This document shows positions 56,377 to 64,000 of a DNA stretch of 64,000 bases, piece after piece (position 1 is the first letter of the stretch; every line of letters starts with the position of its first letter). Under the pieces are notes generated by a model. It was given only the letters and a program-made list of their open reading frames with translations. It did no database searches and was not told where the DNA came from. The translations under genes and the position numbers were made by a program. The DNA comes from a virus (taxonomy: Duplodnaviria > Heunggongvirae > Uroviricota > Caudoviricetes), in IMG/VR virus record IMGVR_UViG_3300021256_000055, positions 71,124 through 135,123 of that record; one strand, written 5' to 3'.

Positions 56377-57203
56377 TTTCTAAAAATAATATCTCCACTA
56401 GCATTTATATTATCGCCTGACCAATTACCCTTAATAGTAATATCCCCATCAGATGTAACATTTCCTGTAATATTACCATTTGCAACAATAGTATCATCAG
56501 ATGAAACGGTATTGGCTTCTATATTGCCACCTACAGTAAGAGTGCCATCGGATGTAACATCACCTTGGGTAGTTACGCTACCTTTAACCACTGCATTGCC
56601 TTCTGTAACCATACTACCTTCAAGGCTTCCTTCTAGGTTAGCATTACCGTCGCAAGCTACATTGCCTTTTATATCTCCATTTATTGTAGCATTACCACCA
56701 ATTTCAATATTACCTTCAATACTTTTACAATTTGCGGATATATTTCCCTCACAAGAAATTTGGCCAATAGTATTACTTGTTACAGTAATATTACCATCAG
56801 TTTCAATTCCGCCAACATTTCCCTCTATTACAATATTTAATGAAGTAATATCAATTGGTGAAGACTCATTCACCATTTTTTCTTCAACAGCTTTTACTAA
56901 ATCAATCTTTGGCTTAGACTCTTGTTGCTGCACTGGCTGTGGCTTAGGCGCAGGCTTTGGAGTAGATACTTCTTTTTTCGGAGTAAGTACGTCTCGTGGC
57001 TCAAGCTTTACGTCATATTTATATGAATCCTTAAAATATTTACTAATGCAAATATCATTTGCATACAAATCAGTACCATCATATTCAAGTGTTTTAACTT
57101 TTTTATGATTAGTAAACGCAGAAATGTCCATACTATTTATGGACACTCTACAATTTTCTAAGCCATAAATAGTAAAAGTTCTATTTTTTCCAAAAAGTCC
57201 CAT
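56373..57203 (-). CDS. Beta-solenoid protein (bactofilin-like or DUF4097-like)
   Basis: Repeated G-N/D-(I/V)-x-x-x units over the C-terminal about 150 aa; Pro-rich linker. Confidence 0.6.
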   Translation of the reverse strand: MGLFGKNRTFTIYGLENCRVSINSMDISAFTNHKKVKTLEYDGTDLYANDICISKYFKDSYKYDVKLEPRDVLTPKKEVSTPKPAPKPQPVQQQESKPKIDLVKAVEEKMVNESSPIDITSLNIVIEGNVGGIETDGNITVTSNTIGQISCEGNISANCKSIEGNIEIGGNATINGDIKGNVACDGNANLEGSLEGSMVTEGNAVVKGSVTTQGDVTSDGTLTVGGNIEANTVSSDDTIVANGNITGNVTSDGDITIKGNWSGDNINASGDIIFRK

Positions 57204-57421
57204 TATCTATTCCCCAAACTTTTAACAGGTATCGCATCAAATTTAGGATATGTATCTCCACTAGGAGAATTATAATAATCAGTAATAGCTTTAAAATGCT
57301 TAATCATTATATCTGCTCTTTTCTTTGAAGTTACATATCCTAAAAAAGTAGTATTATACGCTCCATTACCATTTGAAGTTTTAACTACATTTGTTTCTCG
57401 TATTATATAAATACTACTCAT
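57203..57421 (-). CDS. Hypothetical protein
   Basis: 72 aa, TAATG coupling. Confidence 0.6.
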   Translation of the reverse strand: MSSIYIIRETNVVKTSNGNGAYNTTFLGYVTSKKRADIMIKHFKAITDYYNSPSGDTYPKFDAIPVKSLGNR

Positions 57422-58479
57422 TATTCAAAATCTTCCTTATTTTCAACAGTTACTGGAAATTTTCCATACTGATAAGTTCCTGGTAATGGCAAGAATTCCT
57501 GTTTACACTTAACAGCTTCTTCAAACTTATACTTACAAGTACTTGTAACATCATAAAGATAATCAGGCATGTAGCTAAGCTTTTCCTGCTTTCTCTTATT
57601 ATTTACTTTTTCCATATCTTTACTAAGTGCATTACGCTTAACCAAAACATGGAAGCCGCCAGAAGTACGAACAATAACAAACTGTCCCTTACCAAAATGT
57701 TTCAAACCTTCATTATGAAGAATTTCAAAAATTTCTTTAATAGCAGTATCATTCTTCTTGTCTTCATCCATCAAATCAAAATCAAACTGAATATAAATCT
57801 TACGATTAAGATTTGTAGCATGTGAAGACTTTAAGTGCTTTGAAATTGTTCCAAGCTTATCAATACCATCAACAATACCGTCCCAGCTACGTTTAGCACC
57901 AGCATTAACCAATTCTGCCATCATCTTAACAGCAAGCTGTACAGAATCAGAAACTACCAATGATTCTTTTGAAGGATTTGGATAAAAATAAACTACCAAA
58001 CATTTATCTGGGTAGTCTTTACCATTTTTAGTAACCATACCTTCCTTGCGACATTCATAGCGATATACAGCTGATCTAAAAATATTAAAATCCCAAAGTT
58101 TAGACTTTGAACGTGGCGCAATAATTTCTCTAGATACCGCTTCAGTAATATCGTCCTTCATCAAATATGTCCGATATTCATCTTTCTTAAGTTTTCTAAG
58201 CTTAAAAAGATTTCTAATAGCATGAAGGGGCTTAGTATCTGTTAAAGCTTGTACTTCGTTAGAACTGAAAGATACAGGCTCTTCATTAGTTACTACCATT
58301 TCACGCATCATTTCACCACGACCAAGCTGATAAATAAGACGCTCATCAGCATCAAGCTTTTTATTTCGAGCGCTGAGACAAAGCATATATGACTCGTCTA
58401 ACTCTGGCTTTTCAACTACATGGTCAAAAAACCATTTAAGTTCTTTTTCATCCGCAACAAATTTGTAATAATCACTCAT
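57421..58479 (-). CDS. Putative archaeo-eukaryotic primase (AEP)-fold protein
   Basis: IQFDFD, RTSGGFHV, LPLPGT; GGAG RBS before ATG 58479. Confidence 0.5.
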   Translation of the reverse strand: MSDYYKFVADEKELKWFFDHVVEKPELDESYMLCLSARNKKLDADERLIYQLGRGEMMREMVVTNEEPVSFSSNEVQALTDTKPLHAIRNLFKLRKLKKDEYRTYLMKDDITEAVSREIIAPRSKSKLWDFNIFRSAVYRYECRKEGMVTKNGKDYPDKCLVVYFYPNPSKESLVVSDSVQLAVKMMAELVNAGAKRSWDGIVDGIDKLGTISKHLKSSHATNLNRKIYIQFDFDLMDEDKKNDTAIKEIFEILHNEGLKHFGKGQFVIVRTSGGFHVLVKRNALSKDMEKVNNKRKQEKLSYMPDYLYDVTSTCKYKFEEAVKCKQEFLPLPGTYQYGKFPVTVENKEDFE

Positions 58480-58520
58480 ATAAATCTCCAATTGTATTTT
58501 TTATAATATGTTATTATTTT

Positions 58521-59171
58521 CTATGGGTCCTGAATTTCACGCTGAATTATTACTAAATCTGAATCCTTATCCTCTGAAATAAATGTTTTTACTTTACATT
58601 CTTCCGGGTTCCAGTATGAGTCTCCAAAAATATAAACATCTGTAAACTCAAATCTACCTTTACCATCACCAAAAATACGGTCAAATACATCACAAACTTT
58701 AATTGATTCTACCTTATCCCGATGTATTTTATAGTCATGAAAATACTCAGAATAATCAATATAACATGGTTTTTCTAGCTTTTCTAAGACTTCCTCACCA
58801 TCACCTAATAAAGCCTTTTTCAAAAGGTCTATAGATAAGTTTTTTCTAATATACCTATCTACTATACCTTCAAAATTAGACCTTGGGCCAGAACGATAAC
58901 TATAAGGACTTGAGTCATGGGCAAAATAACTTTCTACACAATCAAGTACTTCCTTAAAATAATCATCTGGTTTTACAAAATAATAGCTTTGTTCGTCCTC
59001 ATCATCTAACTTATCAATAATAGTTTCATGTATATGAATGTCTGCACATGAATCTTTTCTAATATAGATTTCCCCTTTCATAAAGGCATTCCAATCTGAG
59101 CGCCTGATAAGAGTGAACGCATGGCAAGATGATGAGTTGGTTTCAAACATACCCAGCCTAATTGATTCCAT
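58521..59171 (-). CDS. FETNSSS-family hypothetical protein (paralogue 1)
   Basis: MESIRLGMFETNSSSCH. Confidence 0.75.
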   Translation of the reverse strand: MESIRLGMFETNSSSCHAFTLIRRSDWNAFMKGEIYIRKDSCADIHIHETIIDKLDDEDEQSYYFVKPDDYFKEVLDCVESYFAHDSSPYSYRSGPRSNFEGIVDRYIRKNLSIDLLKKALLGDGEEVLEKLEKPCYIDYSEYFHDYKIHRDKVESIKVCDVFDRIFGDGKGRFEFTDVYIFGDSYWNPEECKVKTFISEDKDSDLVIIQREIQDP

Positions 59172-59189
59172 AAAACCTCCAAAAAAATA

Positions 59190-59939
59190 TTATCTAGTCC
59201 AGTTAAATCCAAATTGTCTTACTAGATCATCGTATTCGCTAACTTTTAATACAAGGTCTGTTAACATAAAATTATGCCTAAACGGCTCTTTTGGTATATC
59301 AATAGCTACTTCGTCCTTATCATTATCTTCATTAAAATAAGACTTTGCTAAATTTTCTTCTAATGGTATCTGCGCAATTTTTTTATTAAGGGCCTCTGTA
59401 AATTCTTTACCTCGTAATGTATAAATTTTACCAAAGCTTTTATCTGCAGCATAAGATATTATAGCTTCCCTAAAATAATTTTCCATGTCTGTATGCGCTT
59501 TCGGAAAAATCTCTTTGCGTATACTTTTTAAAATACCTATACTATCCGGCATAGTTTTTATTTCCGGATTTTTTATAGCTTGACTAAGCATATATTTTTT
59601 AACTGAAAAAGGCACATAATTAGGGTGTGAATCCAATGTACTGTTAATTTCTTCTGGCGTTAAATCTGAGTCTCTCTTATCCCATTCTCTTACTTGATTT
59701 AATACCCACGGAATATAATTACAAATTTTTTCTGTTTCACGCCTGTCTAAGTATGATTCTGTTAAACATATACTATCATTTGTGCTTGAGGCTACAATAT
59801 ATGGATAAAAAGGTATTAAGTCATCAAGATGGTCAAATCTAAGTAGCATTTTATCGCAATATATTTTTTTAGATAAAATATTATCCTTAGAATTAAAAAC
59901 CTCATCTGCAAAATCACATATTCCAGAAAACTTTGACAT
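59190..59939 (-). CDS. Hypothetical protein
   Basis: MSKFSGICDFAD start immediately after upstream TAG. Confidence 0.7.
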   Translation of the reverse strand: MSKFSGICDFADEVFNSKDNILSKKIYCDKMLLRFDHLDDLIPFYPYIVASSTNDSICLTESYLDRRETEKICNYIPWVLNQVREWDKRDSDLTPEEINSTLDSHPNYVPFSVKKYMLSQAIKNPEIKTMPDSIGILKSIRKEIFPKAHTDMENYFREAIISYAADKSFGKIYTLRGKEFTEALNKKIAQIPLEENLAKSYFNEDNDKDEVAIDIPKEPFRHNFMLTDLVLKVSEYDDLVRQFGFNWTR

Positions 59940-59940
59940 T

Positions 59941-60366
59941 CTAATCATCCCAAGAAAAATCTAATGTAACTTGTTCAGGTAACTTTATGCTGTGAAGAAG
60001 CTCATTATAACTCATAAATTTACCAATAACTTTTGAAGCAGCTAAATTTCCAGCATCAAGCCAATCCTCAAATTCATCTATATCTTTCGGTATTGGGTTT
60101 GTTAAATCCAACTTTTTATATCTATTATTATGTTCAGTTAAAAGCTTACAATATAGGTCATAACCATCTTCTAGAGGCATAATTTCAACAGAACAATCTT
60201 TTCTTATTCCTGGCTCGCCATACTCATCACCATCGGGATGTACATAAAATACATGTTTATCAAAACTAAATTCTCTACATTTTTCAAATAAAATTTTATT
60301 TACTGTAGTAAATACATGCTGACTTGATGAATTTGTCTCAAATACGCCAACTCTAATAGTTTCCAT
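59941..60366 (-). CDS. FETNSSS-family hypothetical protein (paralogue 2)
   Basis: METIRVGVFETNSSSQH. Confidence 0.75.
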   Translation of the reverse strand: METIRVGVFETNSSSQHVFTTVNKILFEKCREFSFDKHVFYVHPDGDEYGEPGIRKDCSVEIMPLEDGYDLYCKLLTEHNNRYKKLDLTNPIPKDIDEFEDWLDAGNLAASKVIGKFMSYNELLHSIKLPEQVTLDFSWDD

Positions 60367-60369
60367 GGA

Positions 60370-60744
60370 TTACTCCGTAGTTTCTACAAAAAGCATTTTT
60401 TCAAAGCCTCCACGTTCATCCGCTTTAGCTTTTCGTTTATTATTTACAGAATCCATCATTTTTGTTATTGGAGTATGATAACAAAGGCCATGTAAAACTT
60501 CAAGAACATCTGCCATTTCTTCTACAACACGCTGAGCTTCTTGATTAGAATAATTTTCTGTATTCACAGAAATCATAAAATCATTATAGGCTTCTTTTAA
60601 TTCGTTAATTTCTTCATCAAGCTTAACCATTAAAGCAGGAATAATATCAGGCTGCTTTGTAATACGACGAAGTGTAACTGTCTTTCCTTCGGCGGCCATT
60701 AGTTCTGGAATTTTATCCCTAACAAGTTTTCTAATTTCTTTCAT
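60370..60744 (-). CDS. MazG-like nucleoside triphosphate pyrophosphohydrolase
   Basis: KLVRDKIPE, KLDEE..E, EEMADVLEV, ERGGF. Confidence 0.85.
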   Translation of the reverse strand: MKEIRKLVRDKIPELMAAEGKTVTLRRITKQPDIIPALMVKLDEEINELKEAYNDFMISVNTENYSNQEAQRVVEEMADVLEVLHGLCYHTPITKMMDSVNNKRKAKADERGGFEKMLFVETTE

Positions 60745-60983
60745 TATTGGACCTTCTTAAAAATTCTCTTTTTTCCGTCTTTTATAACTTTGTAAATTGC
60801 AAGGCAGCGTCTATCAGGGAATTTTTGCATTATAGCTTTTGCTTCAATATAACTTTTATATCTACCACCAATAATGCTATCCTTGCTTTCATCTTTTAAA
60901 ATAAAACATAATACTTCAGAATTAAAATCCTCAATAAAACCATTTAAGTCTTCTAATTCTGAGAGTCCATCCAAATTTGCCAT
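60744..60983 (-). CDS. Hypothetical protein
   Basis: 79 aa, GGGAG RBS. Confidence 0.65.
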   Translation of the reverse strand: MANLDGLSELEDLNGFIEDFNSEVLCFILKDESKDSIIGGRYKSYIEAKAIMQKFPDRRCLAIYKVIKDGKKRIFKKVQ

Positions 60984-61010
60984 TTACTTATTTCTCCCAC
61001 AAAAATATAA

Positions 61011-61448
61011 TTAGCCATCAAAATAATAAGTATCTAGCTCGACAAATCCTGTATCTGGATTTAATTTATAAGTTGATTCACTCTCATATGACCCATGCTG
61101 CCATCTTTTAAAAGAATAGAAATTCCAAACAGCCCAATAATTGGGGTCATTTAATACTTTATCAGTAAACATTTCAAGGCTGATCTTACTTAAGTCATCA
61201 GTCCCAAAACAATTTTTAAGTTCGCTTGACCAAAAACCTTTTAATGGTTCTACCTTATGCTTTCTTATATTATCTAAAGCTAAATGATATGCATCCTCAA
61301 AAGACATAAGCTTAGCATGAACTAAGTTTGGCATATAGAGTACAAACTTATTTTTCTTAAATAAATTAAAATCTGACTGCTCAGCCAAAATTAAGCCATG
61401 CGCAGAAGAAGAGTTTGTCTCAAATACACCTACTCTAATAGAAACCAT
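61011..61448 (-). CDS. FETNSSS-family hypothetical protein (paralogue 3)
   Basis: MVSIRVGVFETNSSSAH. Confidence 0.75.
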   Translation of the reverse strand: MVSIRVGVFETNSSSAHGLILAEQSDFNLFKKNKFVLYMPNLVHAKLMSFEDAYHLALDNIRKHKVEPLKGFWSSELKNCFGTDDLSKISLEMFTDKVLNDPNYWAVWNFYSFKRWQHGSYESESTYKLNPDTGFVELDTYYFDG

Positions 61449-61450
61449 AA

Positions 61451-62188
61451 TTATACCTTAATCTCTGAAAATACTTTACCAATTGAATCATGAATAACTA
61501 AATCAGCCATACTATCTGCTTGAGTTTGGTCTCGATTAATTATTACAAGATTTTTACCATGGAAATACTGAACTATATTAGCCGCTGGGTAAACTCTCAA
61601 TGAAGTTCCAGCAATAATTAAACAATCAGCCTTAGATACTGCTTCCAAAGCAGCATTCCATGTAGTCATAGGAAGTTCTTCCTCATAAAAAACAATATCA
61701 GGCTTAATTAAACCACCACATTCACAAATCATATCATTTGTTTTTTGATTCTTAACTTCTTCTAAGCTATACTCTTTATTACAAAGACAGCAATGATTTG
61801 TAGCAATTGTTCCATGAATTTGATAAACTTTTTCAGAACCTGCTTCTTGGTGGAGATTATCAATATTCTGAGTAACAATAGCCTTTAACTTACCCGCTTT
61901 TTCTAATTCTGCAAGTTTTAAGTGAGCAGCGTTTGGTTTAATATCTAAGTTCTGCCCTTGCATAAGAATTTTATCTCTATAAAACTTATAGAAAATACTT
62001 GGATGCTTTTTAAAAAAGGAAATACTTAAAATAGTTTCTGGCTCATAATTATCATATTGCTCAGAATAAAGACCATCTTTGCTCCTAAAATCTGGAATAC
62101 CAGATTCTGTTGAAACGCCTGCTCCACCAAAGAATACGATATTATTTGATTGGTCAATTATTTCCTGTAATTTTTCTACGTCTGTCAT
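61451..62188 (-). CDS. cobB: Sir2-family NAD-dependent protein deacylase
   Basis: GAGVSTESGIPDFRS, TQNIDNLH, HG, CCLC/CECG Zn site, KPDIV, GTSL.VYPA, INRD. Confidence 0.95.
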   Translation of the reverse strand: MTDVEKLQEIIDQSNNIVFFGGAGVSTESGIPDFRSKDGLYSEQYDNYEPETILSISFFKKHPSIFYKFYRDKILMQGQNLDIKPNAAHLKLAELEKAGKLKAIVTQNIDNLHQEAGSEKVYQIHGTIATNHCCLCNKEYSLEEVKNQKTNDMICECGGLIKPDIVFYEEELPMTTWNAALEAVSKADCLIIAGTSLRVYPAANIVQYFHGKNLVIINRDQTQADSMADLVIHDSIGKVFSEIKV

Positions 62189-62190
62189 AC

Positions 62191-62664
62191 TTAGTTTTCC
62201 TCATTTGGAACCTGTGAATACTCAATAGGTTTCCATTGTAAATTTTTTACACCATACTTATTAAAAAAATCTTCATCATCAGCTCTAGCTAGCTCATAAT
62301 GAAAAGAGTATTTGTCGGATACCTTAAATAGATATGGCACATCTATTTTGTACATGGGGGGCATTTGATCTATACAATGCGTCCATGAAAGTTCTTCTTT
62401 AGAGTTAATCCTATTCTCAAGTCTTTTTATTTCTGAAAAAAGGTGGTCTGACAAAGCTACTCTAGGCGATGATGGCATATATTCTGGGCTAATCCTATAT
62501 TCATGTCTATTATCGAAGATAAAATAACCAATATTTGAAAATTTTGACCACTCACTCCATTTTGCATTTGTAGCACTATTAGAGTTATCTTCTCTATATC
62601 TAAATTCAACTGGTATTTTATTTTGATGCGCAGTTATTACATCTATTTTTTGATTATCCGTCAT
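62191..62664 (-). CDS. Hypothetical phage protein
   Basis: N-terminal domain resembles the N-termini of the two tail proteins at 14050-18575. Confidence 0.65.
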   Translation of the reverse strand: MTDNQKIDVITAHQNKIPVEFRYREDNSNSATNAKWSEWSKFSNIGYFIFDNRHEYRISPEYMPSSPRVALSDHLFSEIKRLENRINSKEELSWTHCIDQMPPMYKIDVPYLFKVSDKYSFHYELARADDEDFFNKYGVKNLQWKPIEYSQVPNEEN

Positions 62665-62723
62665 TATAGGCCCTCTATTATTAATATAATAACATTTATA
62701 ATATGTAAATAAGTTTATTAAAG

Positions 62724-62756
62724 TAAAAAGAAAAAGGCGGCTTAGAAGCCGCCTTT
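62724..62756 (-). terminator. Intrinsic terminator after Rnl2-like gene
   Basis: aaaggcggct-taga-agccgccttt with U-rich tail on minus strand. Confidence 0.85.
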
Positions 62757-62772
62757 ATAAATTGTAGAAAAC

Positions 62773-63999
62773 TTACGCTTTCTTAAAGTTTACACAATCA
62801 TTATGAATCTTTCCTAAGCCTCGATCTGAATACTGGAAGTTCTTTACCTTAAATGATGTTCCAATACCTTTATCTTTATCAAAGTTCTCAGTTCGAACTA
62901 CAACACCTTCGTGCTGCATAAAGTCTTTCCAAAGCTTTTCTTTAGGAAGTTCTTCTTTATAATTGTCTAAGTTTTCAAGCCATGAATGAATTTTGTCTCC
63001 CTCTTCTGGAACCCAAACAGCTTTTTCTGCAAAAGAAACTGCTGAATCAACATCAGGCATGATATCCTTAAGAGTTCCTGTCCAAAGAAGTGGTACAACT
63101 CGCATACCAAACTTATCCGCAATTTTAACCTGGTCAGTATATGTACCCTGATTAAGAGTAAAATAATCCTTAACTTCATAAAGGAACCAATGATTATCCT
63201 TAAAGTCATAGATATTATCCTGAATTCCAGGTCCTACCTGCTCACCCTGAAGAATTGGACATGTACCAGTTTCCTTGTAATATGCCTTCATCTTTGCGAG
63301 CACATCGTACTTTTTCATCATCTTCCAGAAGAGTGAGCTGTCTTCACATGTATAAGCATTATTACGTGAACATGGATAAGCACCAACAAGCTTATTCTTT
63401 TTAACAATAAATCCACGTTTTTCAAATACAGGAACAACAGTAAATGACTGACCTTCAATTTTTGCTGTTACAACAACTTTTTCTTCAGCAAACTTTGTAA
63501 GATCACACTTTCTATTCTGAATAGTTGTCTCATCAGATTTAGAAATTAAACCTGTTGGAAAACCACCAGCAGAATTCTGATGTTTCTTCTGCCAAATACG
63601 TCCTATCCAACGTGTAGCTACATGTCCTAAACAGAACTTAACCCACTTTGGATATGCTTTTTTAGTAGTAGACGTACGAGTAGGAGATGCGTCTTCTTCC
63701 GGCTCATACTTACGAATCTGAAGCAAGTCAGTAATATCATCACCCGCTTTAAGTTTGCTAATATCTTTTTCTTCGAGAGGGAGTTCTTTTAATGGAACAA
63801 TCAATCCCCAAGATTTAATAGTTGCAAACTTCATAGGCTTAATTACAAAACCCTTTGCAGATTCTTTGTAACAACGCTTACGAAGCCATTCCCAAGCGTC
63901 GATTTCAGGAAGAATTGCGCCCTCCTGAATAAATGCCACCAACTGTCCAGGCTGGATATCCTTTGAAACCATTGCTTCATAGCCATTTTCAACCATAGA
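62773..63999 (-). CDS. RNA ligase, Rnl2/DRB0094-like (probably 5'-truncated by window end)
   Basis: AKIEGQS motif I, LQGEQVGPGIQDN, HEGVVVR, SFKVKN; frame open to window edge. Confidence 0.9.
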   Translation of the reverse strand, partial: SMVENGYEAMVSKDIQPGQLVAFIQEGAILPEIDAWEWLRKRCYKESAKGFVIKPMKFATIKSWGLIVPLKELPLEEKDISKLKAGDDITDLLQIRKYEPEEDASPTRTSTTKKAYPKWVKFCLGHVATRWIGRIWQKKHQNSAGGFPTGLISKSDETTIQNRKCDLTKFAEEKVVVTAKIEGQSFTVVPVFEKRGFIVKKNKLVGAYPCSRNNAYTCEDSSLFWKMMKKYDVLAKMKAYYKETGTCPILQGEQVGPGIQDNIYDFKDNHWFLYEVKDYFTLNQGTYTDQVKIADKFGMRVVPLLWTGTLKDIMPDVDSAVSFAEKAVWVPEEGDKIHSWLENLDNYKEELPKEKLWKDFMQHEGVVVRTENFDKDKGIGTSFKVKNFQYSDRGLGKIHNDCVNFKKA

Positions 64000-64000
64000 A

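Noticed and set aside
61451-62188. Sir2 as a defence-type NADase (Thoeris/DSR)
   Set aside because: It has the full canonical deacylase motif set with Zn ribbon and no partner defence gene, so it is an ordinary CobB-like sirtuin.
1-64000. Alternative genetic code (TAG or TGA recoding, as in some gut jumbo phages)
   Set aside because: Standard-code ORFs tile the window, including 1593-aa and 1020-aa genes. TAG and TGA end genes at normal operon junctions with RBS or overlap (e.g. 17091, 24644, 59941, 7798).
1-64000. tRNA genes, rRNA and CRISPR arrays
   Set aside because: Intergenic gaps are short with no cloverleaf or repeat-spacer pattern. The ggttcgaat near 25551 is inside a coding region.

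Overview
AT-rich, gene-dense segment of a large T4-like (probably jumbo) tailed phage genome, read with the standard code. No tRNA, rRNA or CRISPR array was found. Left two-thirds (1-43 kb) is a late/morphogenesis region. It holds a phage GroEL chaperonin, an AAA+ ATPase, an acidic scaffold/core-like protein, two PD-(D/E)XK-like nucleases, baseplate/tail-fibre genes, the terminase large subunit, a T4 gp20-like portal, a SprT-like protease, Nudix, a tandem GT2 glycosyltransferase and an M23 peptidase. Right third (43-64 kb, all minus strand) is an accessory region rich in RNA/tRNA repair and nucleotide-metabolism genes (PNK kinase, CYTH, Rnl1, HAD, Thg1, Pth2, Rnl2, CoaD, MazG-like, Sir2) and small orphans. 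The standout is a four-gene radical-SAM cassette (10515-13977) directly downstream of the tail-fibre genes. It comprises a CXXX-repeat-family rSAM/SPASM maturase, a 489-aa target with about 92 Cys in a 16-residue super-repeat, and two paralogous CxxC accessory proteins. It has no peptidase or transporter, which suggests post-translational cross-linking of a virion protein. Two intergenic motifs recur: RCTAATT (candidate late promoter, often apparently leaderless) and ACATATTATAA (accessory operons). A dense (I/L/V)-x-E signature suggests prohead-protease processing of many head-packaged proteins. Family assignments come from recognised motifs, not database searches. The host is undetermined, probably an anaerobe that uses Shine-Dalgarno initiation.
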